Assembly: GCA_001789395.1 (NCBI GenBank)
Contig: MFZK01000022.1
Coordinates: 6,921 to 70,920 of the forward strand
Reading direction: 5' to 3'
Source of the DNA: Candidatus Roizmanbacteria bacterium RIFCSPHIGHO2_02_FULL_37_13b
GTDB lineage: Bacteria; Patescibacteriota; Microgenomatia; UBA1406; HO2-37-13b
DNA: 64,000 bases
Under the pieces are notes generated by a model, which saw only the letters and a program-made list of their open reading frames with translations, did not search any database and was not told the DNA's origin. The translations under genes and the position numbers were made by a program. The stretch's first letter is position 1. The number at the start of each line of letters is the position of its first letter. Shown here piece by piece: positions 1-9,440 of this stretch.

Positions 1-350
1 TCAACGAATTTTCGTAAAGATAAAACCGGATAACCTTCCTTAGCTTCCTCAACTACGACTTTTGCAGCGACTGAATCACCTACCTTCAAATAAGGTAAAA
101 ACGTAGCTAGTTCTTTTGTCTCATATTCTCCCAATACTGCGAAAGATTTCCAGCCTATGTCAAAAAGTACTTGTTTTCGATCAATTGAGATGACTTTGGC
201 TTTGACTTGATCTCCTTTTTTAGGTGGATGAATTAAATGTTTTTGAAGCAACTGCTCCATCGTCGTGGATTTTTTTTTGCTAGGGTGCGGCGCACTACTA
301 TCGGGTGTTTTAGAGACTGTTGAAGTATCTTTTTTTATTTTCTTTGCCAT
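1..350 (-). CDS. S1 RNA-binding domain protein (ribosomal protein S1-like), C-terminal part cut by window edge
   Basis: Own minus-strand translation from ATG at 348-350: MAKKIKKDTS...GDQVKAKVISIDRKQVLFDIGWKSFAVLGEYE...GDSVAAKVVVEEAKEGYPVLSLRKF, an S1/OB-fold-like pattern. AGGAGG (plus-strand CCTCCT at 363-368) lies upstream. Absent from the ORF track because it runs off the window. Confidence 0.6.
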   Translation of the reverse strand, partial: MAKKIKKDTSTVSKTPDSSAPHPSKKKSTTMEQLLQKHLIHPPKKGDQVKAKVISIDRKQVLFDIGWKSFAVLGEYETKELATFLPYLKVGDSVAAKVVVEEAKEGYPVLSLRKFV

Positions 351-423
351 TTCCGGAAATGTCCTCCTTTTTTGCTTTCAAGTGAAAGATAATATACCAA
401 AAATAGCTCTAAAAAACAAGTGA

Positions 424-1663
424 ATACTTGTTACTAATTGTGCACAGGTCAGCACATGGTATACACTTTTCCGATCGAGATAGATATATCCGTTACCGAC
501 AACGTTGTCTAGAATTGTTTGGGTACGACTATTATCAGTTACCAAACATTATCCATGACAACTGGCATCCATTTAGACTATCAAGAACTGAGAAAAACCT
601 CTCCTAAAGCGGCACGGCAGGCGATCCTTTCGATCTTGAAAAGCACCAATGGTAATATTGCCGAAACCGCTCGTGTCCTCTCCGTTACCCGAAAAACCAT
701 ATACAAAGCACTCCGTAAAAAGAGTGAGGGATCACTTATCGACTCCAGTCGTGCTCCCCACATGGTTATCAACAAAACACCTGCTGATATTGAGCAGCAC
801 GTGGTTGATCTTAAAACAAAGACCAATTATGGTCCGGAACGACTTCATGCTGAACTTGTTGAAACGACAGGCATTGATCTTTCCATACACACCATCAGAA
901 ATATTGTCAGACGAAACAGAGACAAGATCAAAACAAAACGACATAAACCTAAAAAAGCCTCTCCTCGTCAGTTTGTTGACTGGTACACAGCCAAAGCATT
1001 TGAGATTGTACAGATCGATCTGAAGCATATTGTTGATCAGAAGGCACTTTCTGAAAAACAGATTAGCCATATATATGCTCATGATCTTCCGCTGTATCAA
1101 TGGGGAGCCTTAGATGTTACGTCACGTTTCAAACTTATCGGCTATTCGACCGAGAAAACATGGACAAATGGTCTGTGTTGGTTTCTCTGGGTAACCAGTT
1201 GGTTGAGGAGTCACGGCGTGACGAGTCAAATCATCTACACGGTAGATCACGGGGTTGAGTTTGGTGGAGACTGTTGGTGGAAGATTGCTGACCTTAAAAA
1301 ACTCTTATCTGGTTTTGGCTGTAAACTCATACAAAATCACAAGAAATGTCCTCAGGAGAATGCACATCTTGAGAGGTCACACCGTACTGATGATGATGAG
1401 TTTTACATTCCAAGAATTCTTTCAATCACCACCAGAAAAGAGTTTTTTACTGAAGCGATGAATTATATCTACTATTACAACAATATTCGTAAACACGCCA
1501 GCCTTGATAAAGATACCCCATATGTGGTTTTACATCAGCAGTTACCGATGATTGATGATACAATCAGATTTGTACCACCAATATTCTTAGACAAAGTGGC
1601 TGTAGATTTAGGAGCATGGAGTGGATACCATGTGCTGGCTAATCACCATACTTGTTACTAATT
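424..1663 (+). mobile_element. Insertion sequence, IS481/IS3-superfamily-like, single DDE transposase
   Basis: A 16-bp direct repeat ATACTTGTTACTAATT occurs at 424-439 and 1648-1663. Subterminal inverted repeats CAGCACATGGTAT(A/C)CAC occur at 450-466 and, reverse-complemented, at 1621-1637. One rve-type transposase ORF lies between them, and the region is more GC-rich than its flanks. Confidence 0.7.
555..1661 (+). CDS. DDE (rve/integrase-core) transposase with N-terminal HTH
   Basis: The ORF track gives 519..1661 with a TTG start; the first ATG is at 555. HTH-like segment NIAETARVLSVTRKTIYKAL. DDE candidates: QIDLKH, TVDHGVEF, AHLERSHRT. The C-terminal YNNIRKHASL is typical of IS481/IS3-type enzymes. 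Confidence 0.8.
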   Translation: MTTGIHLDYQELRKTSPKAARQAILSILKSTNGNIAETARVLSVTRKTIYKALRKKSEGSLIDSSRAPHMVINKTPADIEQHVVDLKTKTNYGPERLHAELVETTGIDLSIHTIRNIVRRNRDKIKTKRHKPKKASPRQFVDWYTAKAFEIVQIDLKHIVDQKALSEKQISHIYAHDLPLYQWGALDVTSRFKLIGYSTEKTWTNGLCWFLWVTSWLRSHGVTSQIIYTVDHGVEFGGDCWWKIADLKKLLSGFGCKLIQNHKKCPQENAHLERSHRTDDDEFYIPRILSITTRKEFFTEAMNYIYYYNNIRKHASLDKDTPYVVLHQQLPMIDDTIRFVPPIFLDKVAVDLGAWSGYHVLANHHTCY

Positions 1664-3178
1664 CTCTTTACTTCGATATTGCAAGGCTTCGGCAATAGCA
1701 GTTTTCTCAATTTTATCTTTTGAGCTCAAATCCGATATCGTTTGGGCGATCTTGATGATTTTAAAATATCCCCGTGCTGATAATCCTAATCGTGATATAG
1801 CCAGTTTAAGTAATTTAGTCGCATCTTCTGTCATATGACAATATTTTTTTATATGAGCTACAGTCATTTCTCCATTTGTTTTTACATTACAGTCGATTAA
1901 CCGCTTACTCTGATGAAGTCGTGACTTAATGACACGATCTCTAATTTTTTCGCTGCTTTCGCTCACAAATTCGGAAGTTAACTTATCCTCCTCAACCGGC
2001 GGAACATCTATATGGATATCGATCCGATCCAGAATCGGTCCAGAGATTCTTTTTTTATATTTTGAAATTTGAAGCAGCGAACAATGACAACTTTTTTTTG
2101 GGTGACCTAAAAACCCGCATTGACAGGGATTTGAAGCTGCCAAGAAAATAAATCTTGCTGGAAATGTCACTGATCCACGCGCTCGTGAAATCGTAACAAC
2201 ACCATCTTCCAATGGTTGCCGCAATGCTTCCAAGGTCGATCTGGAAAATTCAGGAAACTCATCCAAAAAAAGAACCCCCCGATGGGCAAATGTAATTTCT
2301 CCGGGAGTCAATTTATTTCCGCCTCCGACTAACCCCACGCGAGAAATGGTGTGATGGGGAGCGCGAAATGGTCTTTGAGTTATAAGCGTTGATCCATAGC
2401 CGCCATTAACCACTGAATAAATTTTGGTGACATCAATTATTTCTTCTTCTCGCATTATTGGCAATATTGAAGGAAAAGCCCGTGCCATCATCGTCTTACC
2501 CGCGCCGGGCGGACCTTTAAGATGGACATTATGAAAACCGGCGGAAGCAATTTCCATAGCTCTTTTTGCGTTTTCTTGACCTTTAATATCACTGAAATTA
2601 TTCTCATATTTTTCAATCGTAGCGGCTTTTGATAAATCTGTCATTGGTTGTTTTTTAATTAATTTGAGATTATTTAAGTGAAGAATCAGATCAAGCAATG
2701 TCTTGACCGGATAAACATTGACTCCTTCTATTATCGATGCCTCAGAAGCATTGCCATCAGGGACAAAGAGATTAGTAATTCCTTTTTTGGCTGCCAGATA
2801 GGCTATTAATAAAACACCAGGGACTGGATGAATCACACCATCTAGTGAAAGTTCTCCGACAAGAATGCTGTTTCTCAAAAAACCATTGTCGACAACTCCT
2901 GATGAGGTCAAAATTCCAATCGCAATAGGTAGATCAAAAAGAGATCCTTCTTTTGGAATATCTGCCGGTGCCAGATTTACGACAATTCTTGAGCCAGGCA
3001 CTTCGTAGTTTGAATTATAAATAGCAGTCCTAACTCTCTCCTTTGATTCGTCAATTGCTTTATTAGGTAATCCAACAATTGTTAAACTTGGAAAACCGCG
3101 TGATGCCACATCAACTTCAACTTTGATTGATACCGCTTCTAGACCGATAGTGGCTGCTGATAAAACCTTTGATAACAT
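1658..3178 (-). CDS. comM: Mg-chelatase-like AAA+ protein YifB/ComM
   Basis: N-terminal Lon-like ChlI domain (MLSKVLSAATIGLEAVSIKVEVD). Walker A GPPGAGKT, Walker B VLFLDEF, and a C-terminal Mg-chelatase subunit ChlI tail. Confidence 0.85.
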   Translation of the reverse strand: MLSKVLSAATIGLEAVSIKVEVDVASRGFPSLTIVGLPNKAIDESKERVRTAIYNSNYEVPGSRIVVNLAPADIPKEGSLFDLPIAIGILTSSGVVDNGFLRNSILVGELSLDGVIHPVPGVLLIAYLAAKKGITNLFVPDGNASEASIIEGVNVYPVKTLLDLILHLNNLKLIKKQPMTDLSKAATIEKYENNFSDIKGQENAKRAMEIASAGFHNVHLKGPPGAGKTMMARAFPSILPIMREEEIIDVTKIYSVVNGGYGSTLITQRPFRAPHHTISRVGLVGGGNKLTPGEITFAHRGVLFLDEFPEFSRSTLEALRQPLEDGVVTISRARGSVTFPARFIFLAASNPCQCGFLGHPKKSCHCSLLQISKYKKRISGPILDRIDIHIDVPPVEEDKLTSEFVSESSEKIRDRVIKSRLHQSKRLIDCNVKTNGEMTVAHIKKYCHMTEDATKLLKLAISRLGLSARGYFKIIKIAQTISDLSSKDKIEKTAIAEALQYRSKEN

Positions 3179-3405
3179 GCAGAATGAATCATAAATATAT
3201 CAGTGAGTTTTTTCTACGGATTATAGTCATCAATTAGATTAATTTAGCGTTTCAAAAAGGCCTCTCACCATCTCAAACTCAATAGATGGCAATATTGCGT
3301 CCATAACCGTTAACCATAAAGAAAAACAGGAGCATTTTTTTAATTGAAGCTAAAACTCAAGAAATCCTTACCGTGTGAATTTTTTGGGCACCCAATAAAC
3401 CTCTC

Positions 3406-3648
3406 CTAATTGTATGACCCATACCCAATCCAGTCCAAAAAACGAACACACAAATAAAAAAAACTACCAATCAAAAAACCAATGACAGTAGTTGAAATAG
3501 TTGCTGTAAAGAAAGTGTGAATATTGTTTGATTCGTCGTTTTTTGACTTATTCTTTTTTATGAAATAAAAAAATCCAATACTTAAACGAAATAAACCAAC
3601 AGTCGCTATAGACCACAACACAGGAATCAGCCATTCTAAATCAATCAT
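3406..3648 (-). CDS. small hypothetical membrane protein (2 predicted TM segments)
   Basis: An 80-aa ORF with two hydrophobic stretches; no recognisable family. Confidence 0.3.
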   Translation of the reverse strand: MIDLEWLIPVLWSIATVGLFRLSIGFFYFIKKNKSKNDESNNIHTFFTATISTTVIGFLIGSFFYLCVRFLDWIGYGSYN

Positions 3649-3838
3649 AATAAAGTTTTCTATAAACTAAAAAAACCTTTCCATGTAATAATTATCTTTT
3701 AAAGATTATAGAATTGTTACCTATATTTTTCTACTGCCTTAACATCATCTCCTCATTCAACCCCGTAAGCCGTTGGTCTTCAACGCTCAGGAGAATACCT
3801 AAGCATCTTTGACTTACGTGGTTGGATGAATAGTCAAT

Positions 3839-4681
3839 TTAATTTGGGGTAAGGAGATGAGGCTCAACAGGATCAAGTGCGATGGGGACATCAAGGCTCC
3901 ACGATGTTAAAGATTTTGCATTTTCTGGATGGAAATTAATTCTATATAACGAATCAACCTGCTCTAACGTTGCCCTATCAAAGTAATCAGGAGCTGGTCT
4001 TTGTGATATTACTGTAACATTTGATTTTGGTTCACAACAGAGAACTTTATGATGCGATGGAATTCCTTGCCGCTTCATCATGCCCTCTGTTATTAAACCT
4101 GCATGAGCTGGATGTTCAAAATCTGTTGGTATGAGTAATGTAGGACGCATCAGTAAACTGACAAATGAACCATCTTCTGGAGGATCTGGAAATTCATCGT
4201 CAGTCACTGAAATATTTATTCTATATGCATCCATCTCACCAAATGTTCTGTAACTAACTGCTAAAATACGAGGACTTTCATTTGAATCAGTGATAACACC
4301 AGCTATTTGTATATCATCGATTCCGTACGTTTCGTCCTGATTATAGGGACAACGATTGATAATTAAAGTTGCATGTGCTTGTTCGATAGGCATCGGGCCT
4401 TGTTCACTTGGATCTCCAGCGATAAATAGTAACGCAGCTATATCATCCTCTGGTTTAACGGTTACCAACTGCCATCTTTGGGTCCTCAGAATTTGACCAA
4501 CTGCTGCTGCTTGAGGAATTTCAAAACCAATGGTTTCTCTCAGGTATTGTTGAATCGCCTCAACGGAACAATCTTGTCTTTCAGTTTTTTCCCGAATTTC
4601 CAATAGTTTTTCAATGTCGAATCTTTTTACAGCCTTAGGATTAGTTGGTCTATGGCTTATTGGTAGGGTTTCGATTACCAT
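3839..4681 (-). CDS. hypothetical protein, compositional outlier
   Basis: A 280-aa ORF with no recognisable motifs. It is clearly more GC-rich than neighbouring genes (first 60 nt counted as 31 G+C). Confidence 0.5.
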   Translation of the reverse strand: MVIETLPISHRPTNPKAVKRFDIEKLLEIREKTERQDCSVEAIQQYLRETIGFEIPQAAAVGQILRTQRWQLVTVKPEDDIAALLFIAGDPSEQGPMPIEQAHATLIINRCPYNQDETYGIDDIQIAGVITDSNESPRILAVSYRTFGEMDAYRINISVTDDEFPDPPEDGSFVSLLMRPTLLIPTDFEHPAHAGLITEGMMKRQGIPSHHKVLCCEPKSNVTVISQRPAPDYFDRATLEQVDSLYRINFHPENAKSLTSWSLDVPIALDPVEPHLLTPN

Positions 4682-4779
4682 AAAAGGCTATTATATCATT
4701 CAAATTTCTGCCAATGTTGCTCAATACTTAGGTTGTTGTTTAATTTGAGGCGATTTTGCGTCTATTGAAGGATTATTAC

Positions 4780-5760
4780 TTAATCTTTTGTCCTGGAGAT
4801 TTCGACGAGGATTGTCTCAAGGATAAGAGCTATCGGTACAGATAGAAGAATACCTAAAAAACCTCCCAGTTTACCACCGACTGTCAATGCAATCAGAGTA
4901 AATATCGGATTTAAACCGACGGCTTTTCTCATAACCATTGGCACAACCAGATTGTTTTCAAGCTGTTGAATTAAAATGTAAAGAACGATAGTGTAAACCG
5001 CCATGACAGGGGAAATCGCCAAAGCCACCAAGACCGCAGGAATTGCTGATATTATCGGCCCGATCATCGGTACGATCTCCAAGATTCCGGCCAAGACCGC
5101 CAAAGGCAAGACATATTTCATCTGAAGTATGAATAATCCAAAATAGGTAGCTAAACCAATTAGAGTCATTAAAACAATCTCTCCCCACATCCATGCCGAT
5201 AATCTTTTTTCTGCTTTATTTAAGATAACGACAATCTCGCCTGCTTTTTTCTCATTTAGAAATTTATATAAAAAATTCTGCAGGAATTTTTCTTCTACTA
5301 AAAAATAAAAAGTGAAAAAAAGGATAGAAACAATAAATATTACATTAGAAAAAAGTCTTGTTATCACCTGAATAATATTCTGGGTGATGTCCGGCAAAAA
5401 CGAAGTAAGTGAAGAAATATTAAAATAATCCGACACCATCGGAAAGATATTTGAAATCAATATGGGTAACGATTTAACAAAAATCAAACTTTCCTCGAGA
5501 AGTGGTGGAACAACCACGGCAAAAAGAAATAAAACCCCAAAAATTGCAGAAATAAAAACAATGATAGTTGACAGCAATCTGGGGATTTTCCCCTTCTCCA
5601 AATAATTAACCGCCGGCTTTAACGCACTCATTAAAATGAAAGCTAATAAAAGACCAAAAATTAACTCTCTGACCTCCCAAATAACCTTTAAAGATAAAAT
5701 AAAAAAAACCGTGAAGATAATTGTCCTGGAGGATATTTCTATTTTTTGAGACATTTTCAT
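4780..5760 (-). CDS. AI-2E family transporter (PerM/UPF0118-like permease)
   Basis: A 326-aa polytopic membrane protein with the family-typical architecture and a C-terminal ILEIVPMIGPIISAIPAVLVAL segment. Confidence 0.7.
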   Translation of the reverse strand: MKMSQKIEISSRTIIFTVFFILSLKVIWEVRELIFGLLLAFILMSALKPAVNYLEKGKIPRLLSTIIVFISAIFGVLFLFAVVVPPLLEESLIFVKSLPILISNIFPMVSDYFNISSLTSFLPDITQNIIQVITRLFSNVIFIVSILFFTFYFLVEEKFLQNFLYKFLNEKKAGEIVVILNKAEKRLSAWMWGEIVLMTLIGLATYFGLFILQMKYVLPLAVLAGILEIVPMIGPIISAIPAVLVALAISPVMAVYTIVLYILIQQLENNLVVPMVMRKAVGLNPIFTLIALTVGGKLGGFLGILLSVPIALILETILVEISRTKD

Positions 5761-5803
5761 TTAAGTTATATATAAAAAGGGAAGAATTTGCAAGTTTTTC
5801 TTG

Positions 5804-6508
5804 CTACCTTGCTAAAGTCAAAGCATAAACTCGACGAGCGCCAGATAATTTAAGTTTACGAGCAATTTCTTTTAAAGTTGATCCTGTCGTCCAAACATCA
5901 TCGACGATAATCAAATCTCTATTTTTAATTAAACGACATTTCCCCTTAGCAAGGGTAAATGCACCTCTTACATTTAAGTATCTTTCTTTAGGGGTCTTCA
6001 AACTTACCTGTGGTTTTGTATCAATATGTCTTTCTAAAAGTGTAAAGTTTTTATCGATGTTGATTTTTTTGGCGATGATTGTCGATAAAATTTCAGACTG
6101 ATTAAAACCACGTCTGTGAAGACGATTAGTACTAAGCGGTGTAGGAATTATTATCGGATTTTCAGTGATTTCTTTAAAAGTTGCCAACTCGAAAAGTTTA
6201 CTTATGGGAATGGCATCGACAAGATCTTCAACAGCGCTTGTTACTAACCGATATTTTATTTGCTTGATTATCCGCTTAAGAAGGGCATTATAAAATAATA
6301 GACTCTTCAAACCATCAATGCCTGTTTTCCTTTGACACCCGGGATGAGTCAACCCAAAGAAACTCGGTTTTAGACAATAGGGACAAGCATCTCTATCAAT
6401 AATTTTCAGGTCTTTTTGGCATTTTGTGCAGATATAAACACCAAGAACTCCGCACCCAAAACAACGTTTAGGAAAGAAGACGTCAATCAAATTATTAAAT
6501 AAAGACAT
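5804..6508 (-). CDS. comFC: ComF family protein (phosphoribosyltransferase domain)
   Basis: N-terminal Cys4 finger (CFGCG...CTKC...CPYC) and a C-terminal PRTase motif LIIVDDVWTTGSTL. Confidence 0.8.
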   Translation of the reverse strand: MSLFNNLIDVFFPKRCFGCGVLGVYICTKCQKDLKIIDRDACPYCLKPSFFGLTHPGCQRKTGIDGLKSLLFYNALLKRIIKQIKYRLVTSAVEDLVDAIPISKLFELATFKEITENPIIIPTPLSTNRLHRRGFNQSEILSTIIAKKINIDKNFTLLERHIDTKPQVSLKTPKERYLNVRGAFTLAKGKCRLIKNRDLIIVDDVWTTGSTLKEIARKLKLSGARRVYALTLAR

Positions 6509-8001
6509 TATCTTCTTTTAAGTAAGCGATTTGCTCCATATAGACAAAAGATTATGGGAAGCAGAAGCATAGCCAGATATTTTACTTTATCTTTTTGATT
6601 GTCGTTGATGTCCACTAAAGGGTTTATTGAAACCGAACGTGATCTAATACCTGACAAGGCTCCTTTTGATGCATAATTATTTAAAATATTCAGAATTAAA
6701 TTGACATTCCCTCTACCCTGAGCAAGAAATTGTTCTTTTATAAATCGCGATGAAGGAATCAGTATCACATGACCATCTTTTTTCGACTGTGATACGGTAA
6801 TTAAGTTTTGCTCTTTGACCTGATTTTCACTCGGAGGTTTTATACTGTTTGGTGATACATCAATATTCTCACCTTGAACGGTCCAAGAATTTTTTGTTGT
6901 TTTGACTAGAATTCTGGTTGTAAATTGACTACCGTTATTAATTTTCACCGACGATGTCCAAGGAAAAGTCAAGGCCGAAACGCTGCTGAGTTCTGAGGAT
7001 TTCTCATCAAAATTATCAGTTTTTAACCAAAAAGGATAAACCGTAAAAAAACCGACTTGTCCAGTGCTGAAATTAGCTACCTCAGCTGTTTTAGATAAAA
7101 TTAAATCTTGATTTAATTCAAGACCAAAGTACTTAAACAAATTGAATAAATTATTGTTAGCTTTTTGAGTAGTAAGATCATCAGAAACATAAATTCCATC
7201 AACCATAATTAATGCTTGTCCACCATTTTCTATATATTTTTCCAATACTGCAACTTGGTCATCGTTAAACTTATGATTGTCACTATCTACAACTATTAGC
7301 GCTTGAAAAGAGGAGTCAATTCTCTGCTGTCCGGAATCTGTCGCTTCAATAGGCTCCAGTATAAATTGACGCTCTAAAACACTCTTTAAAGTATAGAAAT
7401 CGTCTTGTCTTGGGTCTAAAACTTGAGGGAACCCAATTAGACCAATCTTGACATCTTCTTTCCGACTCATTTTATAGATGGAAGACGCAATATCATACTC
7501 TAAGCTGTCTACATTGGTAGCTTGTGGAATTAATTCATTTTTATCCTTATAACTAATGACTATGCCAAAATAGCTTGACGATACTGCATATTTGTCTTTT
7601 TCAATTTGAGAAAATTGCAACTCCGGAATATTATATTTTTTTGCTTCATCTTGATCCTTGGTGTTTTTTTTTGGATCAGCATACTGAACACTAATTTTGC
7701 TGCGATTTACCCTTTTGAATTCATTAACGAGATCAATGACATCCGTCTTCAATGGACCCAAAGCTGCGGGCAGATCGGAGGTAATAAATAATTTAATAGT
7801 TACTTTATTATCCAATGCTTTAACAAGTTTTTTTGTTGAATTTGACAAACTGTAGGCTCTACCTTGTGACAGATCAATCCTGACCGTCAAAAAACTCAAC
7901 GCATAATTTAAAGCAATTAGACTTAAACCTATCGTAATAACAAATGTGATACTGTTTTTATTGACTAATAGGATTATTTTTTTTATCAAACGTCTTAACA
8001 T
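6508..8001 (-). CDS. GldG-like auxiliary component of an ABC-2 transport system
   Basis: A 497-aa protein with N- and C-terminal TM anchors and a large extracytoplasmic region. It is translationally coupled to the ABC-2 permease and ATPase upstream. Confidence 0.5.
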   Translation of the reverse strand: MLRRLIKKIILLVNKNSITFVITIGLSLIALNYALSFLTVRIDLSQGRAYSLSNSTKKLVKALDNKVTIKLFITSDLPAALGPLKTDVIDLVNEFKRVNRSKISVQYADPKKNTKDQDEAKKYNIPELQFSQIEKDKYAVSSSYFGIVISYKDKNELIPQATNVDSLEYDIASSIYKMSRKEDVKIGLIGFPQVLDPRQDDFYTLKSVLERQFILEPIEATDSGQQRIDSSFQALIVVDSDNHKFNDDQVAVLEKYIENGGQALIMVDGIYVSDDLTTQKANNNLFNLFKYFGLELNQDLILSKTAEVANFSTGQVGFFTVYPFWLKTDNFDEKSSELSSVSALTFPWTSSVKINNGSQFTTRILVKTTKNSWTVQGENIDVSPNSIKPPSENQVKEQNLITVSQSKKDGHVILIPSSRFIKEQFLAQGRGNVNLILNILNNYASKGALSGIRSRSVSINPLVDINDNQKDKVKYLAMLLLPIIFCLYGANRLLKRR

Positions 8002-8002
8002 A

Positions 8003-8713
8003 TTATTGCCTATCTTTTAGATTAACTACGGTTATATAAATAAAAAATAAGGAAACAGAAAAAAAGTATATTAAAGATCTTAGATCAATTATTCCTTTTA
8101 GAAAAGTGTTGTAGTGATAAAGCGGTGTAAAAATATTAATAATTTCAAGAAGAGCACGTGGCAAAATAGGAGCAAAAAAATCTCCACTGGCAGCGATAGT
8201 TAAAAATAACACTAGTATCGAAGCAAGAAAAGCAACTATTTGGTTTTTTGTCATACTGGAGAACCAAATAGATATTGCTAAAAAAAGACCGATTAAACAT
8301 ATTACTCCAAAATAAGAGACGATTACTTCTGCTAAACTGACTCGACCAAGATAATTGACAGTTATCGGAATTGATAAAGTCAAAGCTAGCGCAATAAGTG
8401 AATAGACAAATGTCCCAAAATATTTTCCCATTACAATTCTCTTCTCTTCAATTGGTAAACTTAAAAGCAACTCTATCGTTTGAGTTCTTTTTTCCTCAGA
8501 AAAAATTCTCATTGCCAGGGCAGGAATAAAGATCATTAAAACCCAAGGAATAAAATCAAAAAAAGGTCGAAGTGAAGTATTACCTCTCAAAAAAATGTCT
8601 TTCATAAACAAAAAATTAGAAAAAACAGCAAAAATAGCAGCGACAATATATCCCAAAGGATTATTTAGATAAAAATTGATTTCTTTTCGTGCTAATACCC
8701 AGATTTTTGACAT
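8003..8713 (-). CDS. ABC-2 type transporter permease
   Basis: A 236-aa protein with about 6 TM segments, located between the ABC ATPase and the GldG-like gene. Confidence 0.6.
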   Translation of the reverse strand: MSKIWVLARKEINFYLNNPLGYIVAAIFAVFSNFLFMKDIFLRGNTSLRPFFDFIPWVLMIFIPALAMRIFSEEKRTQTIELLLSLPIEEKRIVMGKYFGTFVYSLIALALTLSIPITVNYLGRVSLAEVIVSYFGVICLIGLFLAISIWFSSMTKNQIVAFLASILVLFLTIAASGDFFAPILPRALLEIINIFTPLYHYNTFLKGIIDLRSLIYFFSVSLFFIYITVVNLKDRQ

Positions 8714-8724
8714 AAGATTTATTA

Positions 8725-9408
8725 TTAACTTGTTGCTTTTTTAAACAATGCTTCTATACCGGCATCAGTCTTAGGTTTTGGCCCGTCATAAGTAATTTTA
8801 CCCTTATTGATGACAACGACTCTTGTCGCTACATCAGCTACTTCAGATAACATATGAGTTGATAAAATGACTGTTCTTCTTTTACCCAGTTTTTTTATCA
8901 AATCCCTGATTTTTTCTTGCTCAAGCGGATCAAGACCAGATGTCGGTTCATCAAATATTATTATCTTTGGATTGCCGATAAGTGTCGCGGCCAAACCAAC
9001 TCTTTGCTTATATCCCCGTGACAACTCCTCAATCTTTGAAGATAAAACATCATTTATTCCTGTTTCTTCAATTATTGATTTTAAAAAATCACCTGTTGAA
9101 TTCTTAATATCGACAACAAACTGCAAGTACTCATCGACCTTCATATCATAATAAAGAGGATTGTTTTCAGGCAAATAGCCAATTTGATTTAAAACACTGA
9201 GTCGATGCTTGATTGGATCTTGTTCATTAATTTCAACTGTCCCGCTGGATGGTTTTAAGTAGCCGACAATTATTCTCATTGTCGTAGTTTTTCCGGCACC
9301 GTTTGGACCTAAAAAACCGATTATTTCTCCTTCGCCTATTTTTAGTGAAATATCAGATAAAACCGTTTTGTTTTTGAATTTTTTTGAAATTTTATCTAAG
9401 ACTATCAT
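8725..9408 (-). CDS. ABC transporter ATP-binding protein
   Basis: Walker A GPNGAGKTT, signature LSRGYKQR, Walker B IIIFDEPTSGLD. Confidence 0.9.
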   Translation of the reverse strand: MIVLDKISKKFKNKTVLSDISLKIGEGEIIGFLGPNGAGKTTTMRIIVGYLKPSSGTVEINEQDPIKHRLSVLNQIGYLPENNPLYYDMKVDEYLQFVVDIKNSTGDFLKSIIEETGINDVLSSKIEELSRGYKQRVGLAATLIGNPKIIIFDEPTSGLDPLEQEKIRDLIKKLGKRRTVILSTHMLSEVADVATRVVVINKGKITYDGPKPKTDAGIEALFKKATS

Positions 9409-9440
9409 GTTTCCGTTGTTACAATATACTAAAAAAAAGT

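Noticed and set aside
581-1461. ORF-track entries 581..826(-), 649..1023(+), 732..1100(-), 1255..1461(+) inside the transposase gene
   Set aside because: They are shadow or alternative-frame ORFs fully nested in a well-supported DDE transposase CDS. They have no motifs and low-complexity translations.
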